NCBI RefSeq assembly: GCF_001194135.2
Contig: NC_068990.1
Coordinates: forward strand, 15,650,221 to 15,714,220
Origin: Octopus bimaculoides
Taxonomy: Eukaryota
Reading direction: 5' to 3'
Length of the DNA: 64,000 nucleotides
The notes beneath the pieces were generated by a model. It was not told the origin of the DNA, made no database searches, and saw only the letters and a list, made by a program, of their open reading frames with translations. The translations under genes and the position numbers were made by a program. Shown piece by piece: positions 1-12,882 of the stretch; the first letter of the stretch is position 1; every line of letters starts with the position of its first letter.

Positions 1-530
1 ATATATTATACAGTCCAGTGATGGCTTAATTAGCCAAAATTTTGAAGTTACTGTCAATACAATTCTTTTTAAAGAATAATAAATTTGGACTCTACTAAAT
101 ATATTGAGTAATACTTCAATTTAATGTACAAGTGTTTTTATTTTATCGTAAAATCAAACAATGTGTGTGTAGGTATGGATAGGCAAAAAAGTGTGCATGT
201 GTGTGTGTATATATATACATACACATGTATATGAAGCATGATAGAGGAGATACATGGCTATTTCGCATTATATAAGAGTGGGTAGGAGCAACTGGCATGA
301 GAGATAAAGATGGTGGTGACAAGTTACAAGGTGAACAGCAGACAGAATAGCAATCATAGATTAGGAAGGGTAGGCAGGTAAGATGGGTATTCAGAAGAGA
401 GTAAGGAAAGCTTGACAGGGACAGATTGGGTACACAGGAAAGGCCTAGTGTGTATATATGAACATAACACTTTTAGAATCTCAAGTGTGTATGCATGTAT
501 GTTTGCACTCATTTCTATGAAACTCATGAC

Positions 531-719
531 TTACAACCAAATAAACCCATCATTTGCTGTAGTTAACTGACATGTATCATCTGCCTTTATTTCTAATGCA
601 GCAATGCTTTCCTTTAACTGGAAAAAACTCCTCAAAAACTTTAACTTGAAAGTACCACCCAACCTAAACCAACATTGTATAATAAGCGTAATGAACTCAC
701 TGAAAAAATATACAAGCAA
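531..719 (-). mobile_element. Possible hAT transposase internal remnant
   Basis: WFRLGG..FLRSFFQLKESIAALEIK..QL loosely resembles RWLS.G..L.RFF.L..EI..FLE.K; weak. Confidence 0.3.
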
Positions 720-801
720 GGTTAAAATTCAGTCCATTGTTGGTATTGAACCCTCTTCTTAGCTTCAAATAAACTCACTGACAAAGACAGAATGTACTCA
801 C

Positions 802-867
802 TGATTTGGTGTATTGTGCATCTCTGCCTAAAGATGGTGAAAATTTTGTGATGGTTTCTTCAAGACC
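802..867 (-). CDS. USP14: USP14 exon 12
   Basis: ttctacag|66 nt|gtgagt; [22 protein letters not shown]. Confidence 0.93.
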
Positions 868-3800
868 CTGTAGAACAGAAACACTATTATTTAATATGAA
901 ATCAGGAAATTCTGACTTAAATTAGGTAATTTGCATACTTAATACAAGTCTTTCATGGATTGTGTTAATTTGAAAATTTCTGGCCAACTAAAAACATGTT
1001 TCATGCAACAAACCACATAAGACAAAAGTTGTGAGAGGGGAAGAATATGGGATTTTGGGAAAGATATTTCTACAATATCTATAAGTTATCTTCAAAATTC
1101 TATTTCAGCATTTCATTCTAAAAAAATTAGGAACTTGTAAAACCAGAGAATTTATCCCTTGTGATACTAAACTGTCTGAGACTGCCTTTGATTCTCCAAC
1201 ACAAATTTCCTATTTTGAAGTGATTTAAATTAAAACCTCCCATCAAAATTTCAGGTTATGTTTCAAACACCAGCTTAACAATGGCAAAATCATTATCATA
1301 CTAAATTCTTCATTATTTTCAAAATAGAAAAAAAGGCAGCATGTTTCAATTGAAATATGGTAACAAAAGGGTTAATTAGATGATTAAAGATGATAATGGC
1401 ACCTGTGTTGGTGGCAAGTAAAAGCACCCACTGCAGAGTGGTTGGAGGAAAGGCATCCAGCCGTAGAAAACAATGCCAAATGAGACTGGAGTCTGGTGCA
1501 GCCTTCCAGCAGCATGCCAACCTGGTTAAACTGTCTAACCCATGCCAGAATGGACAATCGACATTAAATGATGATGATTGAAAGTACAAATAAAGATGTG
1601 AATTACAAAGATAATCTTGTCAAGCCAAGTCATACTATTGTAAGGGTTAAGAGGAGTAATAAGCTGAGCTCCAGCAGAGCTGAACAAAAATAAAATGTGT
1701 CCTGTTGTAATATTTGATACTGTTTGCATTCCTTGAGCAAGGCACTTTATTTCATAATGCTCCATCTTGCTCAGCAGGAAATGAGCATCAGTCAATTGCT
1801 TGCTCATGCAGCTCTGGCTGCTAAATCACAGTGTCCCACTGAGTCAAGGGAAGAAAGTCAAGGGGCTCACAACTATGTTGACACCTAAGACAGCCAGCAA
1901 AAGCATGGGACATGCTAAATGATCCTACTCACTTGCAAATGATAGCAAAACTTTTTTGTTTGGCTTAAATTATGAAATAAATTTATCCAACAGCTAAGAC
2001 TAAGGTACATGGGGTATGAAGTAAAAACCAAAATAAAATAATGGCCTCCTCTCCCTAAGAAATGCCAACAATAAGAACTGTGTATAAGAAATATGATGTT
2101 CAGCAATAGCCTTAACATAGCCATCAATGTGATATTAACTGAAGATAAATAGATTGACTTCAATATTTTATCATGAGACTAATGTAGAGTCTAATTTACA
2201 TGTACAATTCTTAGTGGTTGCTTAGTCCTCCGGCATTTAAAGCAGCCATATCTGACCAAAATATTCTACATGTTTCATGTTCAAACTAGCCAGATCTGGC
2301 CTCGCACACCTACCCTACAATGTCATTCTAAAAATAAACAATCACATCAACAAAATCTCATAACTTCAAAATAGAATTAATTTAAAACAATGTGACTAAA
2401 TAAGTATTACATTTGATGGAGTAATCTGAATGCTAAAGGGTTAAATATTTTATTAGAAAATTATTCACAGAAAAAAAAAAGAAAAAAAAAATCACTGAAA
2501 TTCAAGTAAGAAATATATTTTAGAGTAGCCTAAGATATATTCATGAAAATTATAATCTTTAGAAAGGACAACAATTTTTTTTCCAGCTATATTCAAATAT
2601 ATATATATATAAATACACAGACAAAAGACAATATAGAAAACTTACAGATTTTAATCCTGCTTGCATATACCTGACCTCTGCAAAAACACAATACACAAGA
2701 AGTTAATTTGATATCTCCTCTAAGTTTAAATTAATGAAATACATTGCATTATTACAGAGAATATATTTCAACTGTCATGATTAAGTACAATCAAAATCAC
2801 TGAATAGTTTATTAGTGAAAGGATATATATGAAAAAAAAAGTGGCAGGTTGGTCAACTTCAAACAATCAAGTACACAGTGAGACATATACACTGAGAAAC
2901 ATAACGTGGAAGAATAAGCAGTTTGAAACTTCTCAATGTAGGTGGTTTACATAGAAGTCTGAGCAATGGAAATAAAGTATATAAGCACAACTGATTCATG
3001 GAGTTAAGAAGATTCTAGATAGATGGTGACCAATGTATCATCTATTGCATACACACATTTTACATGTAGTACACAAAGGAAGAAAATGAGCACACACAAG
3101 GTTTCCAAGATGAAAGTGAATTTATTTCTAATTAAAGAAATTAATCATGCAATTTCATGACAATATCTTAACATACATTTAATCATGCTCTGCATTTTGT
3201 TTAGGTGGTCAATATAGCAATCCAGTGATGGTTATTCAAAAACAGGTAAAGACAAAATTTGCACAAATTTCTGCACACATCTACAGTAAAAAGAGATGGA
3301 ACACTGATGGGTGAGTAATCATCAACAGTGGGACCATACTGTATCACTAAATACCATACTCAGTTCTCTGGCATTTTGACTACTTAACCAATAAAGAACT
3401 GGTAGTTCTAAAGATTTCTAATCCATCCTATGAACTATTTCACATGAATGGCCGTTTTATTTTTTTAACCCTTTTGTTACCATAATTCTTTTTAAATATG
3501 CTGCCTTTGTTTCAATAATTTGTTGAAAATAATGAAGAATTTAGTGAAATAAGTTTGTCATTATTAAACTGGTTATTACCAGTTCAAATATGCTTGTGGC
3601 ATGTTCGAACCCTTAAGAAAGCCATTCACTGTTTTGTCATAGAGAAAATTTCTCACTGTAGACAAATGGTGTATATACACATAAATCAGCTTGCAGCGCC
3701 ACCTACCCAGACTGTGAGATGCAAGCATTTCACAGAAACTGAACAGGGTGCACAGTGATTTTACATTTATACACATCACTGCTTAGTACTCCCACACTAT

Positions 3801-5173
3801 AATTTGTTTATGGTGAGCCACCGATTAATGCTACTAGTCATCATATGATGCCTGGAATAGCATAAGAGAGACTCTCTCTCTTGTCAGCTCACAGCGCACC
3901 CTGTCTTGTTGCTGTGACTGAAGAGGAGATAACCACTCTGAAATGCTTGTATCTCACAGTCTGGGTAGGTGGTGCTGTGAGCTGATTTAGGTGTATTTAC
4001 ACCATTTGTCTACAGTGAAAAATTTTCTCCATGACAAACACAATGAATGGCTTGTTTACAAGTTCAAACATGCTGCAAGCATATTTGAACTGGTAATAGC
4101 ATTGCTTAGCACTCCCACTTCGTATTAAGCTGGTGTTTGAAACAAATTAAAATGGAATTTTGATAAGTTTTAACTGAGATCAGTTTGAAACAAACTTTAT
4201 ATACAAAAACCAGGGGCAGTCTCAAGAGGGTTGGTACTGAAAGGGTTAAGCTGATTAACATTCAATAGCATTGTTTTAACAACCACTTTTCCATGCTTAC
4301 ATTGATCAGAGTTCACCCAGGAAGATTTTTCTTTCTATGATCAGATGCCCTTCCTGTCACCAACTCTCACCCTTTCCCAAAGATAATATTTCCCCATGGC
4401 CAGACGCATTTTTGCAGAATATTAAACCCTGAAACCAAGAGTTTCCACACATAAATATTTGAATGAAATAAAATTTGATAACTAACCTTTTTCAATGAAA
4501 CAACTGAGCTGATAAAATTTCTCAACTGATTTTGAAACATCTTCATCTGTCATTTCACTACATTTCATTCTAGTATCAGAGTCAAGGAAATTTCACAGAA
4601 AACAATTGAATATAAACAATGGGTTGAGATTTAGGGGAGAATAACTATTGAAATATCTACTATCTGTTGAAAAGACTAAAGATTATGCTGAATAAATATG
4701 AAAAAATACAATACAATATTGTGTGTATGTATACGTATATATTAATGAAACCATAATTAAAATAAGGTTCTGGTGTCATGAGGACAGACGGACAATAAAC
4801 ACACTCTGCTGCTCAGTTATCAGTAATGATTACAATTGAAAAATATATATCCTGGATTGACAATGACAACAGATGTGTGTAGAATGTGTAGAATATATAT
4901 ATATATATCATCATCATCATCATCGTTTAACGTCCGCTTTCCATACTAGCATGGGTTGGACGATTTGACTGAGGACTGGTGCAACCGGATGGCCACACCA
5001 GGCTCCAATCTAATTTGGCAGAGTTTCTACAGCTGGATGCCCTTCCTAATGCCAACCACTCAGAGAGTGTAGTGGGTGCTTTTACGTGTCACCCGCACGA
5101 AAACGGCCACGCTCGAAATGGTGTCTTTTATGTGCCACCCGCACAAGAGCCAGTCCAGGAGCACTGGCACCAA

Positions 5174-5218
<45 letters not shown>

Positions 5219-7589
5219 GCATTCCAAAAAATTAATATATATATAGTTCATATTTGTATTTGGTTTGCAAGATTCTTGATGTGAATTCGTGTGTTGAAAG
5301 AAATATTACTGAACCTTGGGAGGGGCATTATGGCCGGTAATAATAAACACATGCACTGGTTCGGTCCTTTATTGTTATTGTTAGTTAATGGTGATTAGCC
5401 ATTTTTTTACTAGTTTTTCAAACTCATATGTTAAACACTTTGGTCAAACAATTTATTGTTCAAATGTTCAGTATTGTTAATGTCATTTCTTTCTTTTTTT
5501 TTTTTGTCTATTTCATCGCATTGTTGCAATCTCTTCAATGACACGTCTCTCTAACTCCATTTCTTTTGAACTTATGTTCCAGCATTGGGGTTCATCCGAG
5601 ACCTGTCCGAGATGAGTATGAGAGTGTGTGTATGTCTGTATGTGTTTATACATAAGTGTGTGCATCCGTATGTGTGTGTTTTTTAAATACTATGTCATTT
5701 TTCATATACATAAGATAGAGGTTTTGGTTTTCTCTGTTCTCTTCGCAAATGCACACTTTCATCCATATAACATTTCTCTCAAAGACAGTTTAACCGTCTT
5801 CTTTGTTTGATAAATGTTGAATAAATTTACATCTATAATATAATGTATGGCTATCTCAAGAAGTAAACACACACATGGAAATGAGTGATATTAGTGAAAG
5901 GGGTGTTCTGAAAGAACCATCTCTATCATCATCTTAACATTCACTTTTCCATGCCTGCATAGACCAAACAGCATCTGTTGAGACAGATTCCTTTGACCTT
6001 CCAGTTGCCAACTCCTATCTGTTTCTAAACAGAATCCTGTATCAAAATTTGCATAATTTCTTTGGATGTGTGTTTTATAGAGATCTTAAAACTATTAAAA
6101 AAAGAAAAGAAAAATGTGTGCACGTTCCCTCTTTCTGTAATTTTTTCGTTTTCACTTTTTTTCCCTCCAAAAGTTTTTTCGCATTTGTTATGCATATTTG
6201 CAAAGAATCACAATCTCAGATATTTAAAACAAATACACATTTTTTTCTCAGATTTGTAATCTACAATGTTTAAAACAGACACATCCAAAAAGACTTTGGA
6301 AATTATATTTTTTTGGTTCACAAGATAATTTTTGACTCTTCTTTAGGAATGCTACAGCAGTGGTTCTCAACCATTTTTTTTTTTTAATTTCTGGACCCCT
6401 TTGATTACTATTTCATTCTGGTGGGCCCCCATAGCCATTCAACATTAAAAATGAGTTTTATAGATACTTCTTTCAAAATTCCTATTTTATTTTTCACATG
6501 TTCACTTGCATAGGTTCACAATAGCATTCTCAAAGAGAACATGTTTCAGTGGCCAAAAACGATGTTAAATTAGGTAAAACATTCAAGAAAGAAATCTAAC
6601 CGTTTCTTGCAATAAATACATCTAAAGCAAAATTTTGTTGTGGACCCTTAAAATACTGTGGATTCCTAATTTATTATTTTGTTTGTGTAGACCCCCAACA
6701 AAATTTTTATGGTGCCCCAGGGATCACATGGACCCTGGTTGAGAATCACTGTGCTATAGTAAAGATATTAGATTTTCATGAAATACGGTTAATTATATTC
6801 TGAACACTGAAAATCTTGCTAGGGTTGGTATCAAAAGGGTTAATAGGGGCAGCTGAAGAAAATAACAATGAACAATGTAGGATACACTACTTCAAATTCA
6901 CCACCCATAAACAAATCAATAAACTTTTTGGAAGAACTCGCCACAGATTCTTCACTGGCCTGGAAATAAAACAAGCAAAATAGAAGTTACCATAAAATAA
7001 ACTTTAAAAAAATTCAACTTAAAAAATACATAGACTTTAGTATATAACCAGATTTAAGAGCACTGCACAAAATATTTTGTGGTATTTGTTACGTATCTTG
7101 ATCGTCCAAGTTCAAATCCCACACAGGTTAGCTTTTGTCAATGCTTTGAAGACAATAAAACAAATAAGTATCAAAGTATTGAAACTGATACAATCAATAG
7201 TACTGTTGGGGATGGTGCTCCAGTATGACCACAGTCCAATGAAACCAGTAAAATAAAGTATCATCATTTTATGTCCAATTTCAATGTAGCAGGGATTGGA
7301 TCAGTTAGCACCCCACCCCAAGTGAATCTTTATTCAGTGTAGTGGCCTTTATAGGAAAGTCTTGTTTAGACAGAATGAGATGATTGGGTGCAGCTGACTG
7401 GCACTGAAGGTAAACACACACACACACAAATATATATACATAGAGATCATGAGAGTAACAGACAGACAGACGTAACCTGAGTAGACAATTTGTTGACAAT
7501 GTCATCGTACACAGCCTGCAACTTATGTACAGCACAAATGTAAACAAACACACAAACCTATACATACATAAATTTGCACAGGTATGCAT

Positions 7590-7635
<46 letters not shown>

Positions 7636-10600
7636 TCACATGTGCGTGCATAACAGGGTACTTTCAATTTCTGTGTACCACAAATCCACTCACAAGCCTT
7701 TGGTCAGCCAGTAGCTAAGTAGAAGGCACTTGCCTAAGTTACCCTCCACCAGGACTGAACCTCAAACCACAGCATTGGAAAGTGGATTTCTTAACCACAC
7801 AGCCATGCCTGTGCTTATTGCAATTTTTATATTCCAACAGCAGTTAAAAGAATTCTTAAATAAAAATTAACAGATGTTGTTGCCAAGAATGAGACAAGAT
7901 AATCCAAAGAGACAGTTCTTGGTGATGCAACAGTTTAGTAAATATAACAATTACTGTTTTAGTCATACAGTCACAAAGTTTGAGGGGAGGGGATGAACTA
8001 GTTGATTATATCAACCCAAATACTTTATCAACTCTGGAAGGACTAAAGGAAAAGTCAACTTTGGTGGGACATGAAGCGAGAAAACAAGGAAACATAGTAA
8101 ACCATTCTACCTTTTACTCTACTGATACCATCTATCCACCCCATTTCCCTTTTATCATTTTTAACATAGGCACACAACCAGAAATTTGAGTGGGGAATAA
8201 CTAGATCACCTCCACCCCCAATACATGACTGGTACTTATTAACCCCAGTATGGTGCTAAGACCGTCTACAGTTGATAACTATAATGATCTTTTATATAGA
8301 CATAATGCCATTAATTTTGGGAAAGGTGAAGTCAACCCCAGTAATCAAGTGGTACTTATTTTATAGATCCTGGAATTGGTAAAAGCCAGAGATGGTCCCA
8401 GAAGGATGTGAAACCATGAGTGTAAAGAAATGGAACTAAATATCCATTTCTTACATGAACATTATCATCGTTTTAACTTTCACTTTTCCAAGCTTGCATG
8501 GGTTGGACAGGATCATTTGAGGCCAATTTTCTACTGTTGGATGCCCTTCCTGTCACCAATCCTCACCTGTTTCCAAGCAAGGTAATATTTCCTCATGGCC
8601 AGACATGGTTTTGCAGAATTCTGGAAATGAATAATGCTGCTTCTTTGATAGTGACAACCATTTACAATGGTCACACTATGTTAAGACAAGGTGACACAAA
8701 GATATACATACACAAACATATCTGTCTACATATGTATGTATAGATTGGAAGATATGTATATACGACAAGCTTCTTTCAGTTTCTAACTACCAAATCTACT
8801 CACAAGGCTTTGGTCAGTCCAATGCTATAGTAGCAGACACTTGTCTAAGGTGCCACACAATGGGACCAAACCTGAACACCTGTGTAGTTGAGAAGCAAAT
8901 ATTTTAACCATGCCTAAGCTTTAGTATTCCATATAGGCCTAATTATTTTCTATAACTTCAAATTATAATGTAAACACTATTTTGGTCAAATGGAGTCGAG
9001 TGACAGTCTTAAAACTAGAAGACAGAAAAGAGCCAGAAAGTATAGCAATGAAGAAAGATTACCTCACTCGGCTGGTCAACCATACTGTGTGTTAAACTTT
9101 GTTGCAGGCATCGTACTACTTCAGTCCAACACTCATTTGCATCCTAGAGGAATTAGAACAGATATTATATTAGAATTTGCATTCTGCATTGGTTTATACA
9201 TTCATATATATCATTATCTAACACCAATGTTCCAATCAACCACACACACACAATCATTTACTTACAATGGAGTGGTACAGAAACAATTGTAACTAATAAT
9301 AAAGCTGTACTCTATTCAATCAGCGTCTTCTTACTTGTATTATAGATATACACCATTTAAAGTACACGGTAAAAAGATATGGGGTGCTAATAGTTACTTG
9401 CTTTGGAGACACAGACCTAGGCAGGCTTTTATAACATGCCTTGTGTCTTCAAGCAATCTTCAGGCTCTGAGCACATGGTCTATTCAATTTGCAAACCAGG
9501 ACACTGGTACAAGAGAAAGCACAAAAGAAAAGAAAGTAGATGCAATATATACTCCTCCATTTCTCAAAGTACATTCTAACTGTGCATGCTGCCCTTTGGC
9601 TAGCTCAAAGCTAGCAACATCTTCCTTTTCCAGAAGCCTTAACCCATTTCTATTTGTCACTTTCCCTCCTCAGAATTGAACATCTATTTTCAGTTTCACT
9701 AGGTTGTCATAAATACAGTCCTTGTAGTGCTTCTTTGGCTTATATTGTGGTCATTCCCCAAACTATAATTCCTTATAAGGTAAACTACATAGCCATAACA
9801 CCAGCTTTCATCACCAGTGATGACCTTCAGAAAAAGGTCTGGATCAACTTCCAGCTGTTCTTTCAGTTCACAACATGCCTTCAGTCAAGACTACTTTTGA
9901 TCTTCTGTGAGCAAATGAGGCACAAATTTTGCTGCAACTCTTTTCATCCACAATTCCTTGCTCAAAATTCATTGGCAGGAGCTCCAAGACACACAGGTCA
10001 TATCAACAAGCTTATCAATTGTTCGGTGACGGCCCTCCAAGATCAGTTCATGAATTATTGTGATGTTTGGGAGGTTGATGGTCATCCTGAACAAGGTTGG
10101 TCTTCAAGTAACAAGTGACCATTCCTTAAAGTCTGAAAACCACTGGTAAACTTGTGTTTTGCTCGTGGCAGCATCCTTGTAAGCTGTTTAAAGCATGGTA
10201 ACTGTTTCAGCCCCCATTTTCCCCAGCAGAAAACAGAATTTCATGGAAGCACACTGTTCAACAAACAGGGGAGACACACTGCAAAACAAAGACATGACAG
10301 TACAACCTCACATGCCACCGCCAGTTGGCAGACTGATGCCTGAGGGTTGCATCAAGTGACTTCTAGCAGCCAAAGTCTGAACTACAACTGGCTTGATCCG
10401 CCAGAGAATGTTTCCAGTTATTTCTGGGTACCCCCTTGTACCTATTATTTGTCAAGATGAAGTGAACATTTATATACATACATACATACATATATATATA
10501 TACATACATACACATACATATATATACATACATACACATACATATATATAAACATACATATATATAAAGGGCATTAACTGTGTAGTAATGCCTCACGCTT

Positions 10601-10834
10601 CGAGGGACTAAATAAGTCAAAAACTACCAAAAAATAAGCAACATGTTGCTTATTTTTTGGTAGTTTTTGACTTATTTAGTCCCTCGAAGCGTGAGGCGTT
10701 ACTACACAGTTAATGCCCTTTATATAAATTATATATATTTATGGAAAAAAATGATGAATTTTCTTTCATTATGAGGTTTTTTTCACGCTGACTACTTGAT
10801 AAATTCTTATAAAGATTTTATCCTATATTATATT

Positions 10835-10865
<31 letters not shown>

Positions 10866-10876
10866 CATACATACAT

Positions 10877-10915
<39 letters not shown>

Positions 10916-11496
10916 CAGTTGTATGTCATACAGACAAATATTTCTATAAAGCATACAAGCATTTAATTGATTGATAAATTTCAAATAAGACCACTAACCT
11001 GTTGCATGAAAAGACCTTGCTCGCCCTTTTCAGCAAATCTCGGAAAAGTCATTTGCAAGACATTCAGGAAAAATAATGGTGAAATAGCAGTTGATTCTAA
11101 ATTCATCAGGTTGAACAGGTCTTGCATTGCTTTGAAGAGAGAAGAAACCAATATTGTTACACACGTTTAGTATTATATATATATATATATCTCATAGTAT
11201 CATGTGATCAACCAGACTATCAGATGTTGTAACACATTGCTAGTCACAATGTGCTCTGCATTGTTTTAGCTTTCAAATGATGTCATCCTATTGGGCAGGC
11301 AAGGCCAACATTCCCCTTGAACTCAATGTCAGCTCATTACAGCAGATTGGACTGGAGCAATGTGAAATGAAGAGTTTTGCTTAAGAACACAACAGGCAGC
11401 TAGTCTGGGAGTTGAAACCATAATCTCATGATTGTGAGTACAATAATACCAGTTAAACCCATTCCTCCTACGTTATCTTATATTGTTCACTGTATT

Positions 11497-11540
<44 letters not shown>

Positions 11541-12850
11541 AATACTTTACAATAGCACACTTGTGTGTTATAGTAAAGTTTCTAGGTTAGCACAGATGTT
11601 ATATTATAGTTTGCCATGGTAAATTATAATGCCTAGCTGTTAGCAGGAAAGGTTTCTTTTTCCCTCTTTCAAGGACCATCCACTTCATAAATAAAGGACT
11701 TGTTGTGGAAACCAAAACAACTATGCAAATAAAAGAACTATTAAATACCTCGAGTTATTGAACCCGCAGGAGTGGTGTTCCTGTTCCGAGGATGACTAAA
11801 AGAAAGAAAAAACAGAAATATTTAAATGAGCAAATAACATCCACCTAACTTTCTTTATATTGAGGCAGTTTTCTCCTTTCCCATATTTTGTGTTTAAAAT
11901 GGTATCAACAAAGAAATAACAATGATACTTCATACTTCCAATTTCCCACAAGGTTCCACAACATTAGAAACTGTTAGAAGACTATTTCCAGAAATACAAA
12001 CACATCACTGAAAGAATACATACAACCAATGGAAAACATGAAAAGTCAACTAATGAACAAACCCCCTTACTTAACGACTCACATCAATGAATATTAATTG
12101 TCACTCGTTTATGACTCTGAGGGTTCCAGTCAGTCCAATCAATGGAGCAGCCTGTTCGTGAAATTGACATGCAAGTAGCTGAACACTCCACAGACAGGAA
12201 TACCCTTAATGTAGTCATCAAGGAGATTCAGCATGACACATTGTGACAAAGCTGGCCTTTGAAATACAGGTACAACTCATTTTTGCCAGCTTAGTGGACT
12301 GGAACAACATGAAGACAAAGTGCCTCACTCAAAGACACAATGCACCATCAGGAATTAAACTTGTGTCCTTACAATCATGAGCCAAATACCCTCACTAAAC
12401 CACACATCTTCACTCAACGAATATATATATATCATCATCACTTAATATCTATTTGCCATGCTGGTGATTTGACAGCATCTGGCCAGTCAGAAAGCTGAAC
12501 CAGGCTCCAATTGTCTGTTTTTGCATGGTTTCTATGGCTACAGGCCCTTCCTAATGCCAACTACTTTACACAACACACTTATATAGGACATATTGTNNNN
12601 NNNNNNNNNNNNNNNNNNNNNNNNNNNNNNNNNNNNNNNNNNNNNNNNNNNNNNNNNNNNNNNNNNNNNNNNNNNNNNNNNNNNNNNNNNNNNNNNNNNN
12701 NNNNNNNNNNNNNNNNNNNNNNNNNNNNNNNNNNNNNNNNNNNNNNNNNNNNNNNNNNNNNNNNNNNNNNNNNNNNNNNNNNNNNNNNNNNNNNNNNNNN
12801 NNNNNNNNNNNNNNNNNNNNNNNNNNNNNNNNNNNNNNNNNNNNNNNNNN

Positions 12851-12882
<32 letters not shown>

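Noticed and set aside
1933-1993. Strong minus-strand donor (CAA|gtgagt) in USP14 intron 11
   Set aside because: The better upstream acceptors give 31- or 61-nt frame-shifting exons, and the 18-nt option has a purine-rich acceptor
4979-5284. Recurrent peptide [27 protein letters not shown] in several ORFs
   Set aside because: Antisense translation of the repeated RTE tail, not a gene family
11609-11624. TTTGCCATGGTAAA X-box-like palindrome
   Set aside because: Lacks the terminal G/C of the consensus and is deep in an intron
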